Part shown: piece after piece, positions 46,501-54,959 of the stretch
How the letters are laid out: each line of letters begins with the position of its first letter
How positions within the stretch are numbered: the first letter of the stretch is position 1
Virus record (IMG/VR): IMGVR_UViG_3300044972_002389
Location: 62,001 to 126,000 of that record
Direction: 5' to 3' (one strand)
DNA: 64,000 nt
Position numbers and translations under genes: made by a program
The notes under the pieces: model-generated
Databases searched by the model: none
Seen by the model: the letters and a program-made list of their open reading frames with translations, nothing else
What the model was told of the DNA's origin: nothing

Positions 46501-49500
46501 AATTCTGCTGTAGGGCAGCGCCGCCAATTGCTATGTTTGAATTGGTCTGATTGTTCCTTAGAGCACATGCCCCCAATGCAATGTTGTCACTGCCACCAGA
46601 GGTAGTGCCAAGGGTGCCAAGGGCATCAAAGCCCATGCCTATGTTATTGTTACCACTTGTATTAAATTGGAGTGCCAGACAACCAACTGCAATGTTATTG
46701 CTACCAGTTGTATTGCATCGTAGAGCAGACGCACCGATAGCTGTATTATTACTACCATTTAGATTAAGACAAAGCGCAGCTAGGCCAAATGCCATGTTAT
46801 ATAACCCAGTGCTGCTGGACATAAATGTGCCTATTTTATAACTGCTATAGACGTCCAAACACGCATATCCACAGCTACCAATAGATGCCCCATTAACATA
46901 AAGCCCACTTGAGTCTACTTTCAGTCGTTCACAACTGCCAGCACCAATCAATACAGTGTTATTCAAACCCGTAGTGCCAGACAAATTGCCAATTATTGTG
47001 TTGTTGCACCCAGTTGTGATCAGACTTCCAGCGAGTTGGCCAATTGCTATGTTACATGTTCCAACGGTGTTTGCACCTAGCGCACCAATACCCAGTGCTA
47101 TGTTAAATGTGCCACTGCAATTCTGCTGTAGGGCAGCGCCGCCAATTGCTATGTTTGAATTGGTCTGATTGTTCCTTAGAGCACATGCCCCCAATGCAAT
47201 GTTGTCACTGCCACCAGAGGTAGTGCCAAGGGTGCCAAGGGCATCAAAGCCCATGCCTATGTTATTGTTACCAGTTAGGTTAAGTTGGAGTGCTAAACAA
47301 CCAACTGCAATATTGTGACACCCGCTAGTATTGCATCGTAGAGCAGACGCACCGATAGCTGTATTGCTACAACCATTTCGGTTACAACAAAGCGCACCTT
47401 GGCCAAATGCCATGTTAAATGTCCCAGTGCTGCTGGTATTGAATGTGCCTATTTTATAACTGCTAGTGCAGTCCAAACACGCATATCCGCAACAGCCCAC
47501 ACCGCTGCCGTTTATAGCAAATCCATTCACATCTATAGCCAGTCGCTGACAACTGCCAGCAGCAATCAGCACACAACATACACTGCCGGCTGCTGGTGAC
47601 AAATTGCCAATTATTGTGTTGTTGAACCCAGTTGTGATCAGACTTCCAGCGAGTTGGCCAATTGCTATGTTACATATTCCAGCGGTGTTTGCAGTCAGCG
47701 CACCAATACCCAGTGCTATGTTAAATGTGCCACTGGTATTCTGCTGTAGGGCAGCGCCGCCAATTGCTATGTTTGAATTGGTAATATTGTTCCTTAGAGC
47801 ACATGCCCCCAATGCAATGTTGTCACTGCCATTAAAATTAGTGCCAAGGGCATCAAAGCCCATGCCTATGTTATTGTTACCACTTGTATTAAATTGGAGT
47901 GCCAAACAACCAACTGCAATGTTATTGCTACCAGTTGTATTGCATCGTAGAGCACTCGCACCGATAGCTGTATTGCTACAACCATTTCGGTTACAACAAA
48001 GCGCACCTTGGCCAAAAGCAAAGTTGTTTGTTCCTGTACTGACTGTAAGGCCGTTACCAACCTTATAGCTGGCATAGATGTCCAAATTGGCAGTAGTAGC
48101 CGCAACACCTGTTAAAGCAGCGCCGCAACCAAAATAACATCTTGCACACACGTCCCCTGTGCCGTTGTTGACAACCAAACAGTTTGCGTCAACTCTTAGT
48201 CTTTCGTTTGTTCCAGCGCCTATCAACACTGTGTTCACACAATCAGCTGTGCCAGCCAAGTTACCAATTACTGTATTACTGCACCCAGTTGTTATTGAAA
48301 AACCTGCACAAACGCCTATACCAATGTTGCTGTTACCAGTTGTGTTGCAGTTCAGGGCCATGAATCCAAGTGCTGTATTGAAACAGCCTATAGTATTTGA
48401 CTTAAGACTATTCCCGCCAACCGCAGTATTGCACAAACCTATTGTGTTAGCTGTAAGGCTGCAAGTGCCTATACCAACATTTTCCACTCCTGTGGTATTG
48501 GCGTCTACAGCATAAGCCCCAATTCCAATGTTGTTAAAGCCTGAGGTATTAGCCCCCAATGCAAAGGCACCAAAACCTATGTTTTGGCATCCTATTGTAT
48601 TGTTTTGAAGTACTTGCTCACCAACCGCAGTGTTGTAGCCACCAGTTGTAGTCCTTCTCAAGGCAAAATGTCCCAGAGCCACATTGGCTGTTCCCTGTGT
48701 GCCACTTACGCAACAAAGAGCCCCGTTACCAACACCAATGTTACCACACGGCCCGCCTCCTAACATCATGGTGTCAATGCCTATTGCGATATTACTGCGC
48801 CCAGTTGTGCTTGCACACATGCTGCTGCTGCCAAATGCCAAGTTTTGACATCCAAAACCGTTGTTGACCAAAGCTAGACAACCAACTGCAATGTTATCTG
48901 CTCCAGTAGCAGTAGTATTGCCAGCATTATATCCCAACTGCACATTCGACCCAACAGGAGTGTTGGCATAAACTGTCCCCAAACTTGTGGGAGTAGCAGC
49001 AGACACACTTCCGCCGCTAATGCCAGTTAAACCAGCACCACAGCCAAAGAAGCAGCGAGCACACACATCACCAGTGCCATTGTTTACAACTAGACAATTG
49101 GCGTCAACACGGATACGTTCAGTAGCCCCTGCGCCAATCAATACAGTGGCGGTGAGGCCAGCACAACCTGATAAATTACCTATAATAGTATTGCTGGTTC
49201 CGGTTGTGATATTACCCCCACTGCTGTTGCCAATTGCTATATTACATGCACCAGTAGTTGTGTTGAGTAGCGAAAGAACACCAATGCCAATGTTGCAGTT
49301 GCCAGTATTAGCGGCCAAAGCACATCTGCCCATTGCAATGTTACGAACTCCTACTGTATTGCTGGCCAAAGCAAATGGCCCAACAGCAACGTTGCTACCA
49401 CCCGATGTGTTTGCAGCTAGTGAGCATGCGCCAAGAGCAATATTGCATGCTCCAATGGTGTTGGCACATGATGCGTAGTGGCCGATAGCTGTATTCAAGG

Positions 49501-50674
49501 TTCCTGTTGTGTTGGCAGAGAGGGCAAACGATCCAAATGCAGCATTGTCTGAACCAACTGAGCTGCTGCACATGCTGGAGAATCCCAAAGCAATATTGTT
49601 GCAGCCTGTGGTGTTGCAGCGCAAAGCATTTGAGCCCACAGCGATGTTCCATAAGCCGTTAGTGAGTCCTCCCAGGGCACTGCTGCCAACAGCTACGTTG
49701 TCTGATCCACTCACACTATTGAACAGGGCACAGTCACCAACAGCAATGTTCCGACTGCCACTGGTGTTGTTAAACAAACTGTTGTTGCCAACAGCAATGT
49801 TCAAGTTGCCTTGGGTATTGCAACGCAAGGCGCTTGTGCCCAGTGCAGTATTGTAGCTGCCTGTTGTGTTGCACAACAGGGTGGCTTCACCAAATGCGGC
49901 ATTGAAGCTGCCAGTGGTATTAGTGCACAGACTGTTCCGCCCAACAGCCACATTCATTTGGCCCACAGTGTTGGCATATAGTGCACACCGCCCTACAGCC
50001 ACGTTCCAATTGCCAGTTGTGTTTGAGAACAACGCGTCGCTGCCAAGGGCAGTATTTTCTTGCCCAATCGTATTGGATTTGAGCGCGTCTACCCCCACGG
50101 CAGTGTTTTGAACGCCAGTTGTGTTATTGCTGAGCGCCAAACAACCAATAGCAATATTTTCTGTGCCTGTGCTGGTTGTGCTGCCTGCACAGTATCCTAT
50201 TGCAGTGTTGGAGTTGTTGCTTGTGAGGCCATACACAGTTCCCAATTGAATTGGAGTTGCTGCTGAAACTGCCCCGCCAGAAATGCCAGTTAAACCAGCA
50301 CCACAACCAAAGAAGCAGCGGGCACACACATCACCAGTGCCATTGTTGACAACTAGACAATTGGCGTCAACACGCAATCTCTCAGTTGTGCCAGCACCAA
50401 TCAGCACAGTGTCAACGAGGCCTGGGGTACCAGCCAACTGCCCAATCACTGTGTTGGCACAGCCTGTTGTGATGCTACCACCAGCATAGACACCTAGACC
50501 CATGTTCAGAGAGCCGGTTGAGACAGCCAGAAGAGCCCCACCACCAAAAGCTGTATTGCTAACACCTGTGTTGAGATTACAAAGTGCATTGATACCCACG
50601 GCTGTGTTAAGTGCAGTCGTATTGCATCCTGTACTATTGGGAATCACTATATTCCCACAAATTTTTATCGCCAT
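43538..50674 (-). CDS. 2378-aa Cys-rich repeat fibre/adhesin with C-terminal intramolecular chaperone (peptidase S74)
   Basis: Many ~14-aa N-x-A-(I/V)-G-x-x-A-L-x-x-N-x-x-G repeats (YadA/Hep_Hag-like) separated by neck motifs; C-terminal SDARDK..I..I..GL..I..LRPV.F.W and GFIAQEV (Ser codon at 43882-80). Confidence 0.88.
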   Translation of the reverse strand: MAIKICGNIVIPNSTGCNTTALNTAVGINALCNLNTGVSNTAFGGGALLAVSTGSLNMGLGVYAGGSITTGCANTVIGQLAGTPGLVDTVLIGAGTTERLRVDANCLVVNNGTGDVCARCFFGCGAGLTGISGGAVSAATPIQLGTVYGLTSNNSNTAIGYCAGSTTSTGTENIAIGCLALSNNTTGVQNTAVGVDALKSNTIGQENTALGSDALFSNTTGNWNVAVGRCALYANTVGQMNVAVGRNSLCTNTTGSFNAAFGEATLLCNTTGSYNTALGTSALRCNTQGNLNIAVGNNSLFNNTSGSRNIAVGDCALFNSVSGSDNVAVGSSALGGLTNGLWNIAVGSNALRCNTTGCNNIALGFSSMCSSSVGSDNAAFGSFALSANTTGTLNTAIGHYASCANTIGACNIALGACSLAANTSGGSNVAVGPFALASNTVGVRNIAMGRCALAANTGNCNIGIGVLSLLNTTTGACNIAIGNSSGGNITTGTSNTIIGNLSGCAGLTATVLIGAGATERIRVDANCLVVNNGTGDVCARCFFGCGAGLTGISGGSVSAATPTSLGTVYANTPVGSNVQLGYNAGNTTATGADNIAVGCLALVNNGFGCQNLAFGSSSMCASTTGRSNIAIGIDTMMLGGGPCGNIGVGNGALCCVSGTQGTANVALGHFALRRTTTGGYNTAVGEQVLQNNTIGCQNIGFGAFALGANTSGFNNIGIGAYAVDANTTGVENVGIGTCSLTANTIGLCNTAVGGNSLKSNTIGCFNTALGFMALNCNTTGNSNIGIGVCAGFSITTGCSNTVIGNLAGTADCVNTVLIGAGTNERLRVDANCLVVNNGTGDVCARCYFGCGAALTGVAATTANLDIYASYKVGNGLTVSTGTNNFAFGQGALCCNRNGCSNTAIGASALRCNTTGSNNIAVGCLALQFNTSGNNNIGMGFDALGTNFNGSDNIALGACALRNNITNSNIAIGGAALQQNTSGTFNIALGIGALTANTAGICNIAIGQLAGSLITTGFNNTIIGNLSPAAGSVCCVLIAAGSCQRLAIDVNGFAINGSGVGCCGYACLDCTSSYKIGTFNTSSTGTFNMAFGQGALCCNRNGCSNTAIGASALRCNTSGCHNIAVGCLALQLNLTGNNNIGMGFDALGTLGTTSGGSDNIALGACALRNNQTNSNIAIGGAALQQNCSGTFNIALGIGALGANTVGTCNIAIGQLAGSLITTGCNNTIIGNLSGTTGLNNTVLIGAGSCERLKVDSSGLYVNGASIGSCGYACLDVYSSYKIGTFMSSSTGLYNMAFGLAALCLNLNGSNNTAIGASALRCNTTGSNNIAVGCLALQFNTSGNNNIGMGFDALGTLGTTSGGSDNIALGACALRNNQTNSNIAIGGAALQQNCSGTFNIALGIGALGANTVGTCNIAIGQLAGSLITTGCNNTIIGNLSGTTGLNNTVLIGAGSCERLKVDSSGLYVNGASIGSCGYASLDCTSSYKIGTFMSSSTGLYNMAFGLGALCCNRNGSSNTAIGASALRCNTAGSNNIAVGCLALQLNLTGNNNIGMGFDALGINPGGCDNIALGACALRNNLTNSNIAIGGAALQQNTNGTFNIALGIGALTANTTGTCNIAIGQNAGSLITTGFNNTVIGNLSGTGGLVCTVLIGAGACERLRVDGTGLYVNGASIGSCGYACLDCTSSYKIGTFMSSSAGTFNMAFGQGALCCNLTGCSNTAIGASALRCNQNGSHNIAIGCLALQFNTLGCNNIGMGVNALGTNLNGSDNIALGALALCSNTTGCNIAIGYFALSQNTTGTGNIALGIGALTANTTGTCNIAIGQNAGSLITTGFNNTVIGNVTPAAGSVSCVLIAAGSCLRLAIDGNGFAINGNPVGCCGYACLDCTSSYKIGTSNTSSTGLFNMAFGLAALCCNRNGCSNTAIGASALRCNTSGCHNIAVGCLALQFNTSGNNNIGMGFDALGINPGGCDNIALGACALRNNTTNSNIAIGGAALQQNTTGTGNIALGIGALTANTTGTCNIAIGQNAGSLITTGFNNTVIGNVTPAAGSVSCVLIAAGSCLRLAIDGNGFAINGNPVGCCGYACLDCTSSYKIGTSNTSSTGLFNMAFGLAALCCNQNGSNNTAIGACALRCNTTGSNNIAVGCWALQFNTSGINNIGLGFDALGTNFCGSDNIALGACALRNNTTNSNIAIGGAALQQNTNGTNNTAIGRSAGTSNTNGSNNVFLGCGASGATATSNNTITFGDSSITTLRAQVTTITALSDARDKTDIEDIPLGLQLIRDLRPVKFTWNTRDGSRVGVKSAGFIAQEVLEVSNRYNLQDWLHLVLEDNPEKLEATVANVFPVLIRAVQELAESNDQLNQRVTALELALTAKGV
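44317..45290. repeat. Direct repeat in the fibre gene, ~365 bp at offset 609
   Basis: 44317-44681 matches 44926-45290 as far as I could read; the antisense ORFs at 44403 and 45012 translate identically over that span. Confidence 0.85.
46244..47273. repeat. Direct repeat in the fibre gene, ~410 bp at offset 618
   Basis: 46244-46655 matches 46862-47273; the antisense ORFs 46338-46550 and 46956-47168 are identical. Confidence 0.85.
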
Positions 50675-50778
50675 AGTGGATTACACCTTGTTTTCGTTTT
50701 CAGAGTTCTTTCCTGCACTACAACAAAAATGGCTGAACCATCTTCGCTCTCCCCTGCTGGATCAAACTCGGCTACCCC

Positions 50779-50784
50779 TATTTA
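50779..50784 (-). promoter_or_regulatory. Late promoter core TAAATA for the fibre operon
   Basis: tattta on the plus strand, about 105 nt upstream of the fibre ATG. Confidence 0.55.
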
Positions 50785-50882
50785 CGGAATGGTCTTGGAG
50801 CTAGGTAGTTGATTACCGTTTTGCCTCTACCTTTTTAAGGTGTCCTGACACCGTCGGGAAAAATTTTTTCCCAAATTTCCAC

Positions 50883-50910
50883 GTGACTTAAGAGTTTTTG
50901 GTTGTATATT
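50883..50910 (+). promoter_or_regulatory. Sigma70-like promoter GTGACT-N16-TATATT
   Basis: Upstream of aaggagg SD and the VWA ATG; palindrome GGGAAAAA-T-TTTTTCCC at 50856-72 nearby. Confidence 0.6.
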
Positions 50911-50947
50911 ATGCTGAATATGCCACTACGCAAGGAGGCCACTTATT

Positions 50948-52210
50948 ATGTCTATCGCCAATGACGATTCAGCTATGACCAAGATCCGCAAGGCTCGATT
51001 GAAGTTGATGTTCACCCATCCTTTTTTCGGAACATTGGTCATGAACCTTCCGGTTAAGGACGCAACTGATGCTGGATGGTGCCCGACTGCTGCGGTTGAT
51101 GGTCGATATATCTACTACAACCGAAATTTCATCAACGACCTATCAGTTGATGAAGTGCTGTTTGTTTTTGCGCACGAGTGCTACCATTGTATCTTTGATC
51201 ACTTTGGTCGACGCAGCCATCGTGATCCGCAGTGGTTTAACATGGCCAATGATTACGTTATAAACGGCCTACTTGTGCAAGACAAGATTGGCAAAATGCC
51301 AGAAAAAAAGGTAGAAGTTAAAGACGCTGATGGCAAATCCACCCAGCGTGTTGGCCTCTACGACAGCAAGTATCTGGGCTGGACGTCAGAAAAAGTCTAT
51401 GACGACCTTGTAAAGCGCAAGGTGAAGAAACAGCTTACTCTCGACGTGCACATTGAGATGGGCAAAGATGCCCAAAACTCAGATGGGCAAAAAAGCAACC
51501 AAGGCATTCCTGTTGAGATTGATGAGGAAAGCCTCAAACAGCTTCGAGCTGAGCTCAAAGACAAGGTTCTGCAAGCTGCCAATGCCTCTGCTGGAAATCT
51601 TCCAGCCAGCATTGCACGTCTTGTGGACCATCTTGTGGAGCCCAAGATCAACTGGCGTGACTTCATTCGCGAGACTATTCAAAGCCAACTCACAAGCGAC
51701 TACACCTACCGGCGCCCCAATCGTCGCCATCATGGTGGTGATGTGGTGTTTGCCAGCCTGGAGCGTGAGGAAACTGTGGATGTGGAGGTCAGCATTGACC
51801 AAAGCGGCAGCATCTCTGCTGACATGGCACGCGACTTTCTAAGTGAAGTTTTGGGGATAACTTCACAATATGATAATTTCCGGCTTGCAGTCAGCACCTT
51901 TGATACCCGGCTCTATAATCGCCAGGAGTTTACTCCAGAAAACATTGAAGAGCTGCTGGAGTATGAGCCCATGGGTGGCGGCGGAACCGACATTTCTGTG
52001 GTTATTAGATCACTCAAGGAAATGAATGTTGAGCCCAAGGTATTGATCATCTTCACAGATCTTGAATCAAGTGAGTTTGGCGAGCCCAATTTCTGTCCCG
52101 TTGTTTGGCTTGTCAACAATCCTTGGAACAAGAATATCGTTCCGCCGTTTGGTACCTGGGTGCGGTTCACAAAAGAAGAAGGGGTGGCTGAAACAGGAGA
52201 TGCAGGCTAG
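50948..52210 (+). CDS. HExxH metallopeptidase-like + VWA protein (DUF2201-type MoxR partner)
   Basis: PTAAVDG..IYYN, FAHECYHC (HExxH), N.A.D..IN; MIDAS IDQSGS, GGGGTD, IIFTD. Confidence 0.9.
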   Translation: MSIANDDSAMTKIRKARLKLMFTHPFFGTLVMNLPVKDATDAGWCPTAAVDGRYIYYNRNFINDLSVDEVLFVFAHECYHCIFDHFGRRSHRDPQWFNMANDYVINGLLVQDKIGKMPEKKVEVKDADGKSTQRVGLYDSKYLGWTSEKVYDDLVKRKVKKQLTLDVHIEMGKDAQNSDGQKSNQGIPVEIDEESLKQLRAELKDKVLQAANASAGNLPASIARLVDHLVEPKINWRDFIRETIQSQLTSDYTYRRPNRRHHGGDVVFASLEREETVDVEVSIDQSGSISADMARDFLSEVLGITSQYDNFRLAVSTFDTRLYNRQEFTPENIEELLEYEPMGGGGTDISVVIRSLKEMNVEPKVLIIFTDLESSEFGEPNFCPVVWLVNNPWNKNIVPPFGTWVRFTKEEGVAETGDAG

Positions 52211-52221
52211 ATAATTGCCTC

Positions 52222-52251
52222 AATAGGCGGAAGTTATTTCCGCCTATTTTT
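52222..52251. terminator. Bidirectional terminator
   Basis: AATAGGCGGAA-GTTAT-TTCCGCCTATT plus T-run, overlapping the HNH stop. Confidence 0.8.
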
Positions 52252-53169
52252 AGCACTTGCAGACATTTTTCTTTTTGACTCGTCAGAATGTTTGAGACCT
52301 TGTCTGCTTTCACTGATTTTCTTTTTTGTCTCATCCGAAAGCTTGCGACCTTTGTTATTTTCGCTGATTTTCCTTTTTGTTTCTTCAGATTGAGTTTTAC
52401 CCTTTTTAATCTCGCTCATTTTCTGTTTTGACAAATCGCTGTGTTTCTTTCCTTTGAACGGGTTAACCATTCCGTTGGTGTAATTCTGCTTGTTTTTTTG
52501 ACGTGATTTTTCTTTTACTTCTTCGCTGCGCGGAATGCCACGGAGTTTACTGACCTTGCCCATATTGATTTGGGATAATAAGGCTCTAGTTTGCTCGGAT
52601 ACAATACGACCCTTCAATTTAGCTGCGCGTTTAGCCACTAATTCTAGTGGCTGTTTTTTACCTTTCAAAGCTTCTGATCTTTTTCTATTGGACTCCTCTG
52701 AGGGAGTTCTGCCTTTGCTACTTTCTCCTATCTTCTTGCAGGTTTCTGGTGAATGTTTTCTGCCTGTCCTGACTTGTGATACCATCTTTCTGCACTTCTC
52801 ATATAGAGATGCAGTAACAAAATGTGAATTTGTTCGATAACCTACCATATAATTCAGTGCATAAATCATTTTAGCTTTCGCTGAGTCAGTAGATACTATA
52901 TAAATCAATAGTTGATGACATAACAAATGTTCTCTTGCTGTGAGGCGAACTAAATTCGAAGGGTCATTTGAATTTCCTTCAATCCATCCTCTTGTACCCT
53001 TCCGATTACGATGTAAAAAGAAAGAGTCAGGGACTATGTGATGTTGTTCTGTATACCCAACAAGTTGACGAATTCTTGCTGATTCAATTATACTGTAATA
53101 CCATTGAGTGTATTTGTTGTCTAAATACGGATGGTTGATAGGCAAAGATACCCTAGGCAATAATTTCAT
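52234..53169 (-). mobile_element. Free-standing HNH homing endonuclease with ~9 NUMOD3-type repeats
   Basis: YTEQHHIVP...NLVRLTAREHLLCHQLL nuclease domain, then repeats such as KHSPETCKKIGES, TQSEETKRKISEN, KHSDESKRKMSAS; gaaggag SD; TAAATA at 53234-39. Confidence 0.88.
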
Positions 53170-53283
53170 GCTGAATGCTCCTTCATAGCGTTTAGAGCGG
53201 TCGGAGAGGTTAGAGGCTCGCGGACCGCAATTGTATTTAGTGTCAATTTTGACACGTACACACATAATTGTACAAACTCTGCT

Positions 53284-53553
53284 ATGAGCACCAACATATC
53301 AACCCAACTTGAAGAACTGGCTGTGGGCATTGTCACCAGAGTCAGTGAAATGCTGTATGTGGCCAGCAAAGATCTTGAGCCCAGCAAGCGGGAAAAGATC
53401 GTAGAGATGATTGAAAACCAACTGCCTACAGTGGTTGTCAACACTCTCTTCCGAACAGAGGCTCTTCACACACCAAAAGGCATTGATCATCTCAGAGAGA
53501 ATATCGAAGATTATTCAATGCAGTTCACACAAATGTTCATCAGGAACGATTGA
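53284..53553 (+). CDS. Small helical hypothetical protein
   Basis: 89-aa ORF with coding-like composition. Confidence 0.6.
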   Translation: MSTNISTQLEELAVGIVTRVSEMLYVASKDLEPSKREKIVEMIENQLPTVVVNTLFRTEALHTPKGIDHLRENIEDYSMQFTQMFIRND

Positions 53554-53615
53554 GCTTAAATAGGGGTGTGACCCAACCCCTCACTGTTTGTCTCAAATTT
53601 CCACGAGACTGTTCC

Positions 53616-53876
53616 ATGACACTGCTAAGAATAGCAGTACTGGAAACTCAAATCACAAACACATATGAAAATGTAGGTTTCCGCAAACAGGAAACAATTT
53701 ATGACATTGACGTCACCATAGAGTTTAACTCAGTTGGTGACCAAATACATTGGGAATTTACCAATTCCTCCTTGACACAAGTGGCTGGCATGTTATTTTG
53801 GCCCCATGAGCAAGAAAACAACAGCTTATTTTTCCATAGACATCGAAACCGATGGACCCTGTCCAGGACTCAATAG
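53616..53876 (+). CDS. Small hypothetical protein (3' end runs into the next promoter and gene)
   Basis: After TAAATA (53557-62) and a hairpinned leader; IEFNSVGDQIHWEFTN resembles the small-protein family end, then the frame overlaps the next gene by 71 nt. Confidence 0.4.
   Translation: MTLLRIAVLETQITNTYENVGFRKQETIYDIDVTIEFNSVGDQIHWEFTNSSLTQVAGMLFWPHEQENNSLFFHRHRNRWTLSRTQ
53772..53799 (+). promoter_or_regulatory. Sigma70-like promoter TTGACA-N16-TATTTT
   Basis: Ends 6 nt before the ATG at 53806. Confidence 0.55.
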
Positions 53877-54384
53877 TATGTTGAGCTTGGGTTGTGTGGC
53901 TTTTGATGAACAGGGCAACAATCTTGACACCTACTATGTGAACTTGAATCTGTTGCCTGAGGCCAAACCAGACCCCAAAACAATGGATTTCTGGGCACAA
54001 CATCAAAAATATTATGATGAGACGCGAGTGTGGTGTCAAAGCCCAGAGGAGGCTATGCCCCATTTCAGTCAGTGGGTGGCAAGTTTTCCTGGTAGTCCAG
54101 TGGCAGTGTGCATGCCCAGTGGATTTGACTTCACTTGGGTGTATTACTATCTCATGCGTTTCACAGGGAAAAGTGTGTTCAGTTTCAGTGTGTTAGACAT
54201 GAAGACCATGGCCATGTGCATGCTGCGGCTGCCTTACCGTGAGAGTGTGAAAAGGAATTGGCCACGACATTGGTTTAGCAAGTTGCCGCACACTCACAAC
54301 GCTCTTGCAGATTCGCTCGAGCAGGCTGAGACCTTCAAACTCATGCTGAAGGATTTGATGGGAAGTGATGATGAGAAAGCTTGA
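53806..54384 (+). CDS. DEDDh 3'-5' exonuclease (Rv2179c-like exoribonuclease)
   Basis: SIDIETDG, SMLSLG, FDF, LDMKT and HTHNALADS. Confidence 0.85.
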   Translation: MSKKTTAYFSIDIETDGPCPGLNSMLSLGCVAFDEQGNNLDTYYVNLNLLPEAKPDPKTMDFWAQHQKYYDETRVWCQSPEEAMPHFSQWVASFPGSPVAVCMPSGFDFTWVYYYLMRFTGKSVFSFSVLDMKTMAMCMLRLPYRESVKRNWPRHWFSKLPHTHNALADSLEQAETFKLMLKDLMGSDDEKA

Positions 54385-54667
54385 CCGATGGCAGTGCATT
54401 GATGCTGGTGGGCACTGGCGCTACCCATTAGCCGACAATTTCCTCAACCATCATTTGGAGAACATTTTCCACCAGTATGGTGGTCGCAAAGGGTGGCTAC
54501 AACACTATTTTCCTGAACTTTGGTGTTGGCTAGAGTTGAATGTGCCGCATTATGAGTGGGATATAGGCTACAAGATACCTTTTGAAACCCTTGATTTGTT
54601 GCTGGTCTATAATGTGAGACCTCTGTTTGAAGCTGCCTGGGAGGATCAGATCCTTGACACCGTTTGA
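54368..54667 (+). CDS. Paralogue 1 of a three-gene array
   Basis: FPELWCWLE motif shared with the next two ORFs. Confidence 0.65.
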   Translation: MMRKLDRWQCIDAGGHWRYPLADNFLNHHLENIFHQYGGRKGWLQHYFPELWCWLELNVPHYEWDIGYKIPFETLDLLLVYNVRPLFEAAWEDQILDTV

Positions 54668-54959
54668 CTACAACCCCCCTTATAGTCGAGGAGATGGTGT
54701 GTTTGTGTATCCATTGGCTAACAATCTCACCAAACATGAAAAAGTCCTGGCTACAAGGAACGCACACTCAAGACTTCTGTTGTTTCAAGAAAATTTCCCT
54801 GATCTCTATACCTGGTGTATCTTGAATTTAGATGGTGAAGAGTGGGACTTAGTGACTGCCTGGGACACAAGCACCAATTGGCAATTTGAGCTGCTGTTGG
54901 GAGAAAGGGCCTTTGAGAGATTTCAAGCTGCTTGGGGAGAAGATGATGAGGCAGCTTGA
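54627..54959 (+). CDS. Paralogue 2 of a three-gene array
   Basis: FPDLYTWCILN; start codon uncertain. Confidence 0.6.
   Translation: MKLPGRIRSLTPFDYNPPYSRGDGVFVYPLANNLTKHEKVLATRNAHSRLLLFQENFPDLYTWCILNLDGEEWDLVTAWDTSTNWQFELLLGERAFERFQAAWGEDDEAA

Noticed and set aside
43538-50674. Diversity-generating retroelement acting on the fibre repeats
   Set aside because: No reverse transcriptase in the window, both repeat copies are in-frame coding, and differences are not adenine-specific.
43923-50804. Many plus-strand ORFs within the fibre gene
   Set aside because: Antisense shadows of the repetitive frame, with no SD or promoters; used only as evidence for repeat identity.
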